A DNA stretch of 64,000 nt from the human T2T-CHM13v2.0 reference genome, Homo sapiens, in assembly GCF_009914755.1 (NCBI RefSeq), contig NC_060943.1; one strand, given 5' to 3'. Position 1 is the first letter of the stretch. Every line of letters begins with the position of its first letter. The position numbers and the translations under genes are program-made. The notes below the pieces were generated by a model. That model made no database searches and was not told the origin of the DNA. It was given only the letters and a program-made list of their open reading frames with translations. Positions 1-20,224 of this stretch are shown here, piece after piece.

Positions 1-587
1 TGGAGGCAGAGGTTGCAGTGAGCTGAGATCTTGCCACTGCACTCCAGCCTGGGCAACAAGAGTGGGACTCCATCTCAAAAATAAATAAATAAATAAAAAT
101 AAAAATAAATAAATAGGCTGGGTGCAGTGGTTCACGCCTGTAATCCCAGCACCTCCGGAAGCCAAGATGGGCAGATAACCTGAGGTCAGGAGTTCGAGAC
201 TACCCTGGCCAACATGTTGAAACCCCGTCTCTACTAAAAATACAAAAATTAGCCGGGCGTGGTGGTGCACACCTGCAGCCTCAGCTACTCGGGAGGCTGA
301 GGCAGGAAAATAGCTTGAACCCAGGAGATGGAGGTTGCAGTGAGCCAAGATTGTGCCACTGCACTCCAGCCTGGGCAACAGAGCAAGACTCTGTCTTAAA
401 AAATAAAAAATAAAATAAAATAAAATATTAAATTAAATTTAAAAAATAGAGCTGCAGCACGTGCAAAGGTAGGCTCAAGTGGTGATCCCTGAATTGGAGG
501 TTCCTGGGATGGAAGGCGGAAGCTGAGGGTGGGCTTTGGGCCAGGGCTAGACAGGATCTCTGGGCCTGGGGACCCCACGCCTGCCTA

Positions 588-824
<237 letters not shown>

Positions 825-1175
825 TCAGATGGAGAGACAGAGGGACAGGAGTAAAGACAGACACAGGCAGATGAAGACAGAGATGCAGACGGGGCGCGAT
901 GGCTCACGCCTGTAATCCCAGCACTTTGGGAGGCTGAGCAAGGAGAATGGCTTAGGCCCAGGAGTTTGAGACCAGCCTGGGCAACTTATCAAGACCCTAT
1001 CTCGGCTGGGCACGGTGGCTTTTGCCTGTAATTCCAGCACTTTGGGAGGTCAAGGCGGACAGATCACCTGAGGTGAGGAGTTCGAGACCAGCCTGACCAA
1101 CATGGTGAAAGCCCGTCTCTACTAAAAGTACAAAAATTAGCCGGGCGTGGTGGCAGGCGTCTGTAATCCCAGCTA

Positions 1176-1501
<326 letters not shown>

Positions 1502-1519
1502 CTAAAAACAAAACAAAAT

Positions 1520-1800
1520 GAAAAGACAGAGAGGCAGAGACAGAGAGTGAGAGAGACAGAAACAAAGAGACAGAGAGCACTGCAAACTGAGCTAGAGGAA
1601 AAAGACAGAAATGGATATGGAGGGACAGAGAAATCAAGATAAAAATCAACACAAACACCGAGAGCAATGGCCAGAAAAGGGCACAAAGAGAGAGGAAAAT
1701 GGAAAACTCAAGCGACACCCAGAGAGAATGAAAGAATCTTCCAAGGAGAAAGGACGAGGCAGGGGAACGGAGCCAGGAAAGAGGATCCCGGGGAACCAGG
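1520..1800. repeat. GA-rich low-complexity tract (also ~780-890 and 3360-3580)
   Basis: Degenerate GAGACA/CAGA repeats. Confidence 0.8.
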
Positions 1801-1856
1801 GTAGGAAAAACCACTGACCCCCACTCCACCCCTAGCTGCCCGCTGGGCGCCACTCA

Positions 1857-2012
<156 letters not shown>

Positions 2013-2020
2013 TTACTCAC

Positions 2021-2063
2021 CCAATCTGACCTCCCCAGCATCATTGATGAGGATGTTAGCTCC
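2021..2063 (-). CDS. MAP4K1: MAP4K1 exon 7
   Basis: 43 nt GANILINDAGEVRL+G; cccag| ... |GTGAGT. Confidence 0.96.
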
Positions 2064-2222
2064 CTGGGAATGAGAGGGGATATGGGAGGCTGCAGAGACT
2101 CTCCCCAGCCCAGTGCTAGCCCACTCCGCCAGCTCAAACTACCCTGATCCCTGAGCCCCTGAAATGCCACTCCCATCTCCTGGGCCCCACCCCCCAACAG
2201 CACCCCTACACCCCCAGACCAC

Positions 2223-2270
2223 CTTGATGTCCCTGTGTATCTTCTTCTGTGAGTGCAAATAGGCCAGTCC
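2223..2270 (-). CDS. MAP4K1: MAP4K1 exon 6 (HRD motif)
   Basis: 48 nt GLAYLHSQKKIHRDIK; ccccag| ... |GTGGTC. Confidence 0.96.
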
Positions 2271-2367
2271 CTGGGGAGAAGGGTGGACAAGGGGACAGTG
2301 AGTGTTTGGGGGCTGGAGTGGGGCCACCCTCCCCTCCCATCCCCAGAATCCCCAGGCCTCTCCTTAC

Positions 2368-2423
2368 CTGGAGCACTTCCCGGCAGACATAGCTAATCTG
2401 GAGCTCTGACAGGGAGCCTGTCA
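2368..2423 (-). CDS. MAP4K1: MAP4K1 exon 5
   Basis: 56 nt (V)TGSLSELQISYVCREVLQ; tttgcag| ... |GTAAGG. Confidence 0.96.
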
Positions 2424-2435
2424 CTGCAAAGGTCA

Positions 2436-2750
<315 letters not shown>

Positions 2751-2793
2751 TTAGCCAGGCATAGTGGTGCATGCCTGTAATCCCAAGTACTCA

Positions 2794-3350
<557 letters not shown>

Positions 3351-3802
3351 AAGGAAAGGCACAGAGACAGAGAGAGACAGAGAAACGGAGACAGATCATA
3401 CATGAGACATACAAAAGGAACAGGATTGAAAAAAACAAAAAAATGAGACAGAAGACAAAGACAGAGGTCAGAGGCCAAAATATGGGGAGACAGACAGATT
3501 TAGAGAGAGACCCAGAGGGTAACGAGGTAAGAACAACACACAGGCAGAGAGACAGAGAGACAGACAGACAGAGAGAGGCCGTCAGACATCAGGTCTGACA
3601 GACCAGCTGTGGGATTCACTTCCTCTCTTTGGGCCTCAGTTTCCCTCCTGAGGACTTCTCAATGACGTCCTTCCTTTTCTAACATTTGAGGTCTAGGGCT
3701 GGAAGGAATCAGAGGTTTTCCGCCTCCCAGAATCAAACGATTCTCCTGCCTCAGCCTCCCGAGTAGCTGGGATTACAGGCGTCTGCCACCACGCCCGGCT
3801 AA

Positions 3803-4075
<273 letters not shown>

Positions 4076-4172
4076 TGAGATACACACACAGAGACGGAAG
4101 AGGTGAATTTGGGTCGGGGTTGGGGGGTGGGGATAGGGAGGGGTGCTTGGGTCCCGTTGTCCTTTCTCTAAC

Positions 4173-4237
4173 CTTGGTAGATGTCCTGGAGAGAACCAGC
4201 CCCACAGAATTCCATGCAGATCCAGAGTTTCTGCAAC
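4173..4237 (-). CDS. MAP4K1: MAP4K1 exon 4 (hinge)
   Basis: 65 nt [21 protein letters not shown]; tgcag| ... |GTTAGA. Confidence 0.96.
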
Positions 4238-5113
4238 CTGCAGTGGTTCAAGAGTAAGAATAATAATAGCAGTAAATACATTATTATTTGCAGGAAAGCC
4301 CCTGGTTTGCTTCTGTCTTGTTCTAGTTCAATAAGAACTTTAACGTAACAGCTCTCATCACTCCACCTCTCCTTGTCTACCAGAGTGAGGTTGTTTCATT
4401 CCCATTTTACAGACAAGGAAGTTAAGGCTCAGAGAGGAAATGTGAGTTCCGGGGCAAGTCAACTCAAACCTAGGCCTTTGGGCGGGACCCCACTGCCGTC
4501 CCACGCCAACCTAGGAGGCAGGGCAGAGATCTCACGGGTTGTGGAGATTTGGAGGGGACAGAGGGGCCCAGGGCACCTGTTCTGGGGAGCAGAGGTCATT
4601 ATTGGGGCATCTGGAATATTAATTTGGGGATCAGGGAATTTAGGAGTTTATATTAAAGGAGCAGAGAGTGAAACTGGGTGAGCCAAAGAGCAGAATGGTG
4701 AGAGCTTCGTTTCAAGGGAGTTGATTTCAAATTCAGTTACTATGAAGAGATCAATTTGGGGTACTCTTGGTCAGAAATGGGAATTTTAGATTGGAGATTA
4801 GATTAGAGGCTGCTCTGGTCAGAAAAGTGGGACTTAGGAGTGAGGATCATGGTAGGGTTAGCCCAGTCAAAAATGGGGGTCCAGGATGGGAGGTCGGGTT
4901 ATGGTGAGAAATGGAAGTTCAAGGTTAGAACTGAGGGTGCCAAGACCAGGCGCGGTGGATCACACCTGTAATCCCAGCACTTTCGGAGGCCGAGGCGAGT
5001 GGATCACAAGGTCAGGAGTTCAAGACCAGCCTGGCCAAGATGGTGAAACCCCATCTCTACTAAAAATACAAAAATTTGCCGGGCAGGGTGGTGAGCGCCT
5101 GTAATCCCAGCTA

Positions 5114-5266
<153 letters not shown>

Positions 5267-5330
5267 TCAAGAAATGGGGACTCCGGGTTAGGGGCTGGGC
5301 TGGGTGCCAGGGTGGGTCTGAGGTTCATCA

Positions 5331-5468
<138 letters not shown>

Positions 5469-5545
5469 CTACAGGGGAGGTGATCCCAGTGTCCCAGGAG
5501 GCGAAGGTGGGGATGTGGGGAAGGAGCTCCATGTTCCCTCCTCAC

Positions 5546-5603
5546 CAGGCTCCATCTTCACCATCTTCAGTGCCACCAGGTCCCCTGACACCTTGTCTCG
5601 AGC
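5546..5603 (-). CDS. MAP4K1: MAP4K1 exon 2 (VALK catalytic Lys46)
   Basis: 58 nt ARDKVSGDLVALKMVKMEP+G; acceptor tttgcaag|, donor |GTGAGG. Confidence 0.96.
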
Positions 5604-5729
5604 CTTGCAAAGGGGAAGTTGGCAGTCAGGCAGGCTCCATTTGCCAGAGTCCCTCCACAGCATCCCTGAGTCAAGGTCAAGAACTGGGACCCCCTCTTGC
5701 AGCCTCCTCCCTGCCGAGGGCTTGCCTTA

Positions 5730-5918
<189 letters not shown>

Positions 5919-5959
5919 TCAGGGCTCAACTTCTGGCACCTCCCTCCGTCCCCAGAAGC

Positions 5960-6280
5960 CCTGCACCCGCCTTGCCTCCGCGGGCTGTGGCCTCCCCCCT
6001 CCTCACTCTCGCTTCCTGCCCCAGCTGCACTGCACGACTGTGCAACGGGCTCCACCCCCCCGTCCCCTGGGCTCTGAGAGCCTCTGAGGGGCAGCTTGTC
6101 TTGGGACCCAAGGGACCACCCTCAACCTCCAAGGCCCAGGGCTGGATGTAAATGTGATGCAAATGATCTTAATCGTAACTGGGTTGGAGGGGGGTGCCTT
6201 AGAACCCCCGCCCCCGTCTCCTAGGTAGTGTCTAAACCTCTGCTGGGTGCTTGAAGGTTTGGCCACAACCCGAAGGCGGC
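5960..6280 (-). promoter_or_regulatory. MAP4K1 proximal promoter (TATA-less; ETS, RUNX-like and octamer motifs)
   Basis: Directly upstream of exon 1; CAGGAAGC on minus strand at 6011-6018, TGTGGC 5986-5991, ATGTAAAT 6146-6153, ATGCAAAT 6157-6164. Confidence 0.6.
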
Positions 6281-6519
6281 AGGTCTGCAAAGGGATGGCT
6301 ATGCAGTGTACATGCCTGTTCACCTGTCACATACATGCACTTGGGTTACCTCCTCTGCACTGCGCAGGCGTGTAGACGTGCATCTGCCTGGATACCTGTG
6401 TGCACAGTACACACGTGGATGTACCCAGGACATATACCTCCACATGCATGGCACATAACTGCATTTTGTAGGCCTGCAGTGTACAAAACCTATACATAAT
6501 ATATAATTCATGGCAGTAC

Positions 6520-7410
6520 AAATGGGACGCTCGCCCTCAGCTCCAAGACCGGAACCTAATGGAGACGGGGCGCGATCCGGCGAAGTCCAGGAGCCCTCAC
6601 CCCAGCCCCTGCCCGGCAGAGCACAGTAGCTTTGTGGGACCCTCCTCCTGGAGCTGGGGACCAAGGGCTGAGACTTGAAACTGGAGAGCTCAGGATCCTG
6701 CACCAGGCGCCCAGGCCTGTGGCAAGAGGGACCTCAGAACACCTCCCTCGGAACTTGGCCATGGCCTAAACGTAAGGCTGCTGCGTGCATTCCCGCAGAG
6801 CTCCGTGGCCTCATGGCCGCGCGCAATACAACGCGCGCGCACGCCGCCAGAGCTCCGGGTGCTTCCCGGTGAGTTCGCGCGCGCACGCTCCCGCGCTACC
6901 GGCACTGGAACTGGGTCTGTGAGGCCCGGGAAAAGCTTAGCCCCGCCCCCTCGCCACGAGAGGCGCCTGCGCACTGGGATCCAGTAAGATTTTTCTCACG
7001 CTGTCTGTCCAGCTTGAGTGGCGCGAATGCGCACGCGCCAATTGCGCCTGCGAGGAAGAAGTCACGTGGCAGCCGGAAAGCGTGGCGGCTGCTGCTAGAG
7101 CCTTTCCCTTTACCGCACCCAAGGAGCTGGAGCGACAACAACGACGTCGTTTCCGTTTCCACCACCTCTTCCTGTTCCCGTCCTTGAGGACGCCGTGCCG
7201 GGTCAGTGTTAGCCTCCAGCCCTGGTTGTGGAAGGCGACAGAAGTCATGGCGATGTTTGAGCAGATGAGAGCCAACGTGGGCAAGTTGCTCAAGGGTATC
7301 GACAGGTCTGAGCCCGGTTGGAGGAAGCGCTCTGGCCAAGCGGGGCGGAGGAGAGGGTTTTCCGGAGACAGCAAGGGGTGTTCAGGGTCCTGGGCTTGCC
7401 GCGGGGTGGG
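6520..7410. promoter_or_regulatory. CpG island / EIF3K promoter, divergent from MAP4K1
   Basis: High CpG density; NRF1-like GCGCCTGCGCA ~6963; E-box GTCACGTG 7061-7068; ETS CCGGAA ~7073; TCT-like pyrimidine run CTCTTCC ~7166. Confidence 0.85.
7247..7305 (+). CDS. EIF3K: EIF3K coding exon 1
   Basis: gtcATGG Kozak; MAMFEQMRANVGKLLKGID+AG; donor |GTCTGA. Confidence 0.96.
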
Positions 7411-8314
7411 GTTTCTCTATCCTCCTGGAGGAGGAGATGCTTAAAGAAACGGCACTGAGCTGGGGGTAGTGGCTCACGCCTGTGATCCTAGCACTTTGGG
7501 AGGCCGAGGTAGGTGGGTCGCCTGAGCCCAGGAGTTAGAGACCAGCCTGGGCAACAGCCAAACCCCGTCTCTAAAAGAAAGAAACAAAAGCACTGCAAAG
7601 GCCTAGAAGCGAGAGAATCTTGGTACCACTCAGTCTCTTCGTAAATTGCCTTAAGGTTTCCTTCTCTGCTCCGCCTCCTTTGAGTGCCTCTTAATCTCTC
7701 CCTTCTCTGCTCTATAAGTCATTCATTCTCCACACGTTTACTGAAATAAACTGTCAGTGCTAGGCAATGCTGGGAACCACAGGCGAATCAGACAGCGGCA
7801 GATCATGCCTTCACGGTCTGAGTTCCCTTTCCATAAGGGAGACAAACCTGACAGCAGACAGCGATAGCCGGGAGAGATTAGAACTGAAATGGGGGAAGCA
7901 AAGGCCAGAGTGTTCAGGTGGACATGGAGGAAGTAGGCAGCGAGGTAGGCAGGAGAGGATGGGGCTGGATCAGGGTGGAGGCCTGAACAGGGGAGGAAGG
8001 GGTGAGTAGCAGAGACATTCAGGAGGCCAGGTGTACAAGCTGCAGTGACTGACTGGCTCAGAGGTTGAGGAGGCATCCTAGGGAAGAGCCAGGGCTCCAG
8101 TGGAGTTTAGAGCTTAGGCGAGAGGTCTGGGATAAGAATAAGTTTTACTAGAGATTATACTGGACATAATTCACTACCTGGATAGAGCAAGTGGCCAGTG
8201 CCAGATTTAGAGGGGAAGGGCGGGAGGAGCAGGTTACAGTGGCCCCTTGCTCCATAAGGTGGCTGGCCTCAGCTTCTGTCTCCTCTGTGCTCACCTATCT
8301 TGATTCTCCTTTAG

Positions 8315-8413
8315 GTACAATCCTGAGAACCTGGCCACCCTGGAGCGCTATGTAGAGACGCAGGCCAAGGAAAATGCCTATGATCTGGAAGCCAACCTGG
8401 CTGTCCTGAAGCT
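8315..8413 (+). CDS. EIF3K: EIF3K exon 2
   Basis: 99 nt [32 protein letters not shown]; cctttag| ... |GTAAGT. Confidence 0.97.
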
Positions 8414-8456
8414 GTAAGTGTCTAGCTCTCTGTCTACACTCCCATTGCAGCAACTA

Positions 8457-8913
<457 letters not shown>

Positions 8914-9176
8914 TCATGCCTGTAATCCCAGCACTTTGGGAGGCTGAGGCGAGAGACTCACTTGAGCCAAAGAGTTCGAGACCATCCATGGCAACATAGC
9001 GAGACCCAACCCTACGAAAAAATTTAAAAATTAATGTAGCGGTGTGTGGCTGTAGTTCCAGCTACTTGAGAGGCTGAGGTGGAAGGATCGCTTAAGCCTG
9101 GAAGATTAAGGTGCAGTGAGCCATGATAGTGCCACTGCACTCCAGCCTGGGGGACAGAGTGAGACCCCTCTTTTTA

Positions 9177-9870
<694 letters not shown>

Positions 9871-10221
9871 TCTTCGTGCCCTTTTTTTTTTTTTTTTTTT
9901 TTTGGAGACAGGATCTTCTGTTGCCCAGGCTGGAGTACAGTGGCACAGTCATGGCTCACTGCATCCTTAGCCTTCTGGACTCAAGTGATTCTCCCGCCTC
10001 AGCCTCCTGAATAGCTGGGACTACAGGCATGCACCACCATGCCCAGCTAATTTTACTTGGGTGCTTTCTTTCTTTCCTTTTTTTTTTTTTTTTGAGACAG
10101 GGTCTCACCTTCTTGCCCAGGCTAGAGTGCCTTGGCGTGATCTCATGATCTCAACTCAGTGCATCCTTTGCCTCCCAGGTTCATGTAATCCTCCTGCCTC
10201 GGCCTCCTAAGTAGCTGTACG

Positions 10222-11772
<1,551 letters not shown>

Positions 11773-11849
11773 TAGCCACTACTCCAGACCACTGCTGCTG
11801 TTCTCATTTGTTTATAAATCACTTAGCAGTGTCTGCCCCATTGGGTAGT

Positions 11850-11970
11850 TGTGAGCATTAACTGTCCCTGTTCACAGAGGAGAAAGGTAGGCTCAGGGAG
11901 GTGAAGGTTACACAGCTGGGAAGCACTGGGACTGGGATTGGAACCCAGGCATGTCCAATTCCCAAACTCC
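11850..11970. repeat. MIR fragment (similar at ~4380-4480, 23500-23720, 24580-24730, 53260-53420, 62620-62740)
   Basis: ACAGAGGAGAAA..GGCTCAGGGAGGTGAAG..GGGATTGGAACCCAGG MIR core. Confidence 0.6.
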
Positions 11971-12054
11971 AGAATAAAGCAGCTGCCTGGCACCTGGTGA
12001 GGATTGGGGACTTGGAGGTGCCACTGTGGCCACGTCTCTTGTTCTTTTTCTTAG

Positions 12055-12175
12055 GTACCAGTTCAACCCAGCCTTCTTTCAGACCACGGTCACCGCCCAG
12101 ATCCTGCTGAAGGCCCTCACCAACTTGCCGCACACAGACTTCACCCTGTGCAAGTGCATGATCGACCAGGCACAT
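12055..12175 (+). CDS. EIF3K: EIF3K exon 3
   Basis: 121 nt YQFNPAFFQTTVTAQILLKALTNLPHTDFTLCKCMIDQAH; ttcttag| ... |GTATCCTT (U12-type donor). Confidence 0.97.
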
Positions 12176-14005
<1,830 letters not shown>

Positions 14006-14080
14006 CAAGAAGAACGGCCAATCCGACAGATTTTGTACCTCGGGGACCTGCTGGAGACCTGCCATTTCCAGGCCTTCTGG
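14006..14080 (+). CDS. EIF3K: EIF3K exon 4
   Basis: 75 nt QEERPIRQILYLGDLLETCHFQAFW; cccag| ... |GTAACT. Confidence 0.96.
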
Positions 14081-14336
14081 GTAACTTCCCTGGGGTCCAG
14101 GGGCAGGGGAGATGGCAGGGCCATGTGGAGCTGAGTGCTAAAAGTAACAACGGTGCACACTGACTGGCTTCCTGCTTTGGCGGTGGGCCCAGTGCTCTGC
14201 ATGTGTGTGTTTGTGGAATTATCATCCTCTCGCGGAGCAGGTACTCACAGGTCATCCCCGTGCCCACAGGCTGAGGCCGACCCTTTCCCCTTTCTCCCAT
14301 CTTTCCACTGAGCCCTCTAGTACACACCGTTGATCA

Positions 14337-14672
<336 letters not shown>

Positions 14673-14945
14673 CTAACTGGAACCTGGCCCCCCACTTCTG
14701 CAGCCCCCTAAGTGGGAGGCTAGATCACCTCCTGGCTCCTATCTCTTCTGATACCCTCAGTCTTTTTTGTTGTTTTTTGTTTGTTTGTTTTTTGGTTTTT
14801 TTGAGATGGAGTCTCACGCCATTGCCTAGGCTGTAGTACAGTGGCACGATCTTGGCTCACTGCAACCTCTGCTTCCCGGGTTCAAGTGATTCTCCTGTCT
14901 CCCGAGTAGCTAGTACTACAGGCACACGCCATCATGCCCAACTAA

Positions 14946-15182
<237 letters not shown>

Positions 15183-15865
15183 TGAATTCCTGACCTCAGG
15201 TGATCTGCCTGCCTCAGCCTCCCAAAGTGCTGGGATTATAGGCGTGAACCACCACGCCGGGCCAGAAACCCCCAGTTTTGAAGTGTGTGTGTCGTCACTT
15301 CCTGCCCGGTATCAGTCCCTCTGGTGACTGCTCTTTGTTTCTTGAAGAATTCAGCCCCTGGCTGGCCACGGTGGCTCAACGCCTGTAATCCCAGCACTTT
15401 GGGAGGCCGAGGCAGGTGGATCACCTGAGGTCGGGAGTTCGAGACCAGCCTGACCAACGTGGAGAAATACTGTCTTAACTAAAAATACAAAATTAGCTGG
15501 GTGAGGTGGCACATGCCTGTAATCCTAGCTGCTCGGGAGGCTGAGGCAGGAGAATCACTTGAACCCAGTGGGTTCAACCTCACCCAGAGGTTATGGTGAG
15601 CTGAGATCATGCCGTTGCACTCCAGCCTGGGTGACAGAGTGAGACTCCGTCTCAAAAAAAAAAAAAATTCAGCTCCTTCTCACTGGCGCTCTCTACCACT
15701 CCTGCCCTAATTCTTAGACGCTTAGAAAGTAACACAGAGGATCCTTTGACCACCCAGACCTCTGGGTCCCTTGCTCTCTTGGCCAGCTATCTTGTGCTAC
15801 ACCTGACCTCAGCCCTTCTCTTCCAATCATACCCCAGGCCAGTTCTCTGCACATTAGACCTCTGA

Positions 15866-16045
<180 letters not shown>

Positions 16046-16189
16046 TAATTTTTGTATTTTTAGTAGAGACGGGGTTTCACCATGTTGGCCAGGCTGGTCT
16101 CGAACTACTGACCTCAAGTGATCTGCCCGCCTTGGCCTTCCAAAGTGCTGGGACTACAGGTGTCAGCCACCACGCCCGGACCTCTGAGG

Positions 16190-16328
16190 CATTTTTAAAA
16201 ATTAATACTGATACTTGGGTCCTCCCTCACAGAGTCTGATGTAATTGCTTCAGTGTAGCCTAGGCCTTGGGATTTTAAAAGGTTACCCTGGGTGATTTGG
16301 ACATCTGGCCAATGTTGGGAGCCACTGC
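16190..16328. mobile_element. MER5-like hAT-Charlie fragment
   Basis: CAGAGTCTGAT...GGATTTTAAAAG..CCCTGGGTGATT...GGGAGCCACTG resembles the MER5B end. Confidence 0.6.
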
Positions 16329-16641
16329 CGTCACCAATAATGGCTCCCCTCCTCCCTCTGTGAGTTTCCAGCATCTCCATTCTCTGACCGCTTCCTCCTA
16401 GCTTCTCAGCTCACCCCCACAGGGTCTCCATCCCCACATTCTTGGGCCTGACCATTAGCTCCAACCCTCTTTCTCTGCAGGCTTCTCTGTTCCGCTTCCT
16501 TCTCTTAAATCGCATGTGCTGGCTGGGCATGGTGGCTCACACCTGTAATCCCAGCACTTTGGGAGGCCGAGGTGGATGGATCGCCTGAGGTCAGGAGTTC
16601 GAGACCAGCCTGACCAACGTGGAGAAACCCCATCTCTACTA

Positions 16642-16797
<156 letters not shown>

Positions 16798-17232
16798 TCA
16801 AAAAAAAAAAAGAGAAAAAATGTCGCATGTGACTCCCCTGTCCCCAGCTGCAGCTACGGTCTTGCTTCCTTCCCCAACTCCTGGATGTTTCCTCATGCTT
16901 TATCTGTCTCCCTTTCTTCTCACCTCAACTTATGATCTGGCTTCTTGTCTCGGGAGAAAATGGAAGCAGCCACTGTAGAAATTGCACCTGTTCCTATCCC
17001 AGACCCTGACATTTTATGTGCAGCTGACTGCACACTTTTTTTTTTAATTCTTAAACATTTTATTTTTTATTCAAGTAAGAAATTATTGATTAGCTTCAGT
17101 TAATCCCACAAAGAAAATGATCAAATGCTTAAAATAATAGAGTTTACTAGTTCTACAACTGTTCTCACTAGCAAACTAGCAAATGAGATGTGTTGGAGAT
17201 CTTAGACCTATTCCATGGAACAGATAGACAGG

Positions 17233-17290
<58 letters not shown>

Positions 17291-18102
17291 GAGACAGGGT
17301 CTCACTCTGTCGCCCAGGCCGCAGTGCAGTGATGCAAACACAGCTCACTGCAGCTTTGACCTCCCAGGCTCAAGTGATCCCCGCACTTCAGCCTCCTGAG
17401 TAGCTGGGACTAACAGGCCCACGCCAACACGCCTGGCTAATTTTTCTATTTGTAGTAGAGGTTGGATTTCGCCATGTTGACCAGGCTGGTCTTGAACTTC
17501 TGGCCTCAAGTGATCCTCCTGCCTCGCCTCCCAAAGTGCTGGGATTACAGGTTGAGCCACCACGCCCGGCCACAAATCTGGATTTCTGCCCACCTCACTG
17601 GCTACACCTTCCCGGCATCCATGTGGGGGATTCCCTCCCTTTTGTTGGAGAGAACCTATACCACAGACCTAACCTTTGAGCAGAAATCTGAAGGAGGTGA
17701 GGGTGGTAGCCATGGAGGAGAATTCCATACACAGGCCCTGAGGTAGGCGGGTGTCTGGCGGGTTTGGGGAGCAGCAGGGAAGCCCCTGTGGCTGGAGCAG
17801 GGTGAGTGAGTAGCGAGTAGGTGGAGGTGAGGGCACAGAGGTGACAGGCAGATTCTGTGTGGCCTAATGGGCTATGGTAGGAAAATTGGCCTTTTCTCTG
17901 AGTGAGACAGAAGCAAGGGGAGGTGGCTGAATACACTTAGCCAATATGTGTCTGCCCCCTTTCTCAGGGCTCTGGTTTCTGCCTGCCAGGTTCAAGCCTC
18001 ACCTCCAGGATTTTTGGAAAATCATGTAGCTGCCCTGGTCTCCTCATCTCTAAAATGGATATAACTTACATCACATGGCTACACTTAGAAGAATGGCTAT
18101 AG

Positions 18103-18527
<425 letters not shown>

Positions 18528-18604
18528 TAGCCGGGATGGTCTCGATCTCCTGACCTCACGATCGCCCGTCTCAGCCTCCCCAAGTGCTGGGATTACAGGT
18601 TTGA

Positions 18605-19107
<503 letters not shown>

Positions 19108-19116
19108 TAACATTAC

Positions 19117-20224
<1,108 letters not shown>

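Noticed and set aside
6896-7374. 145-147-aa minus-strand ORFs over the EIF3K promoter/exon 1
   Set aside because: CpG-island ORFs without homology cues or splice support
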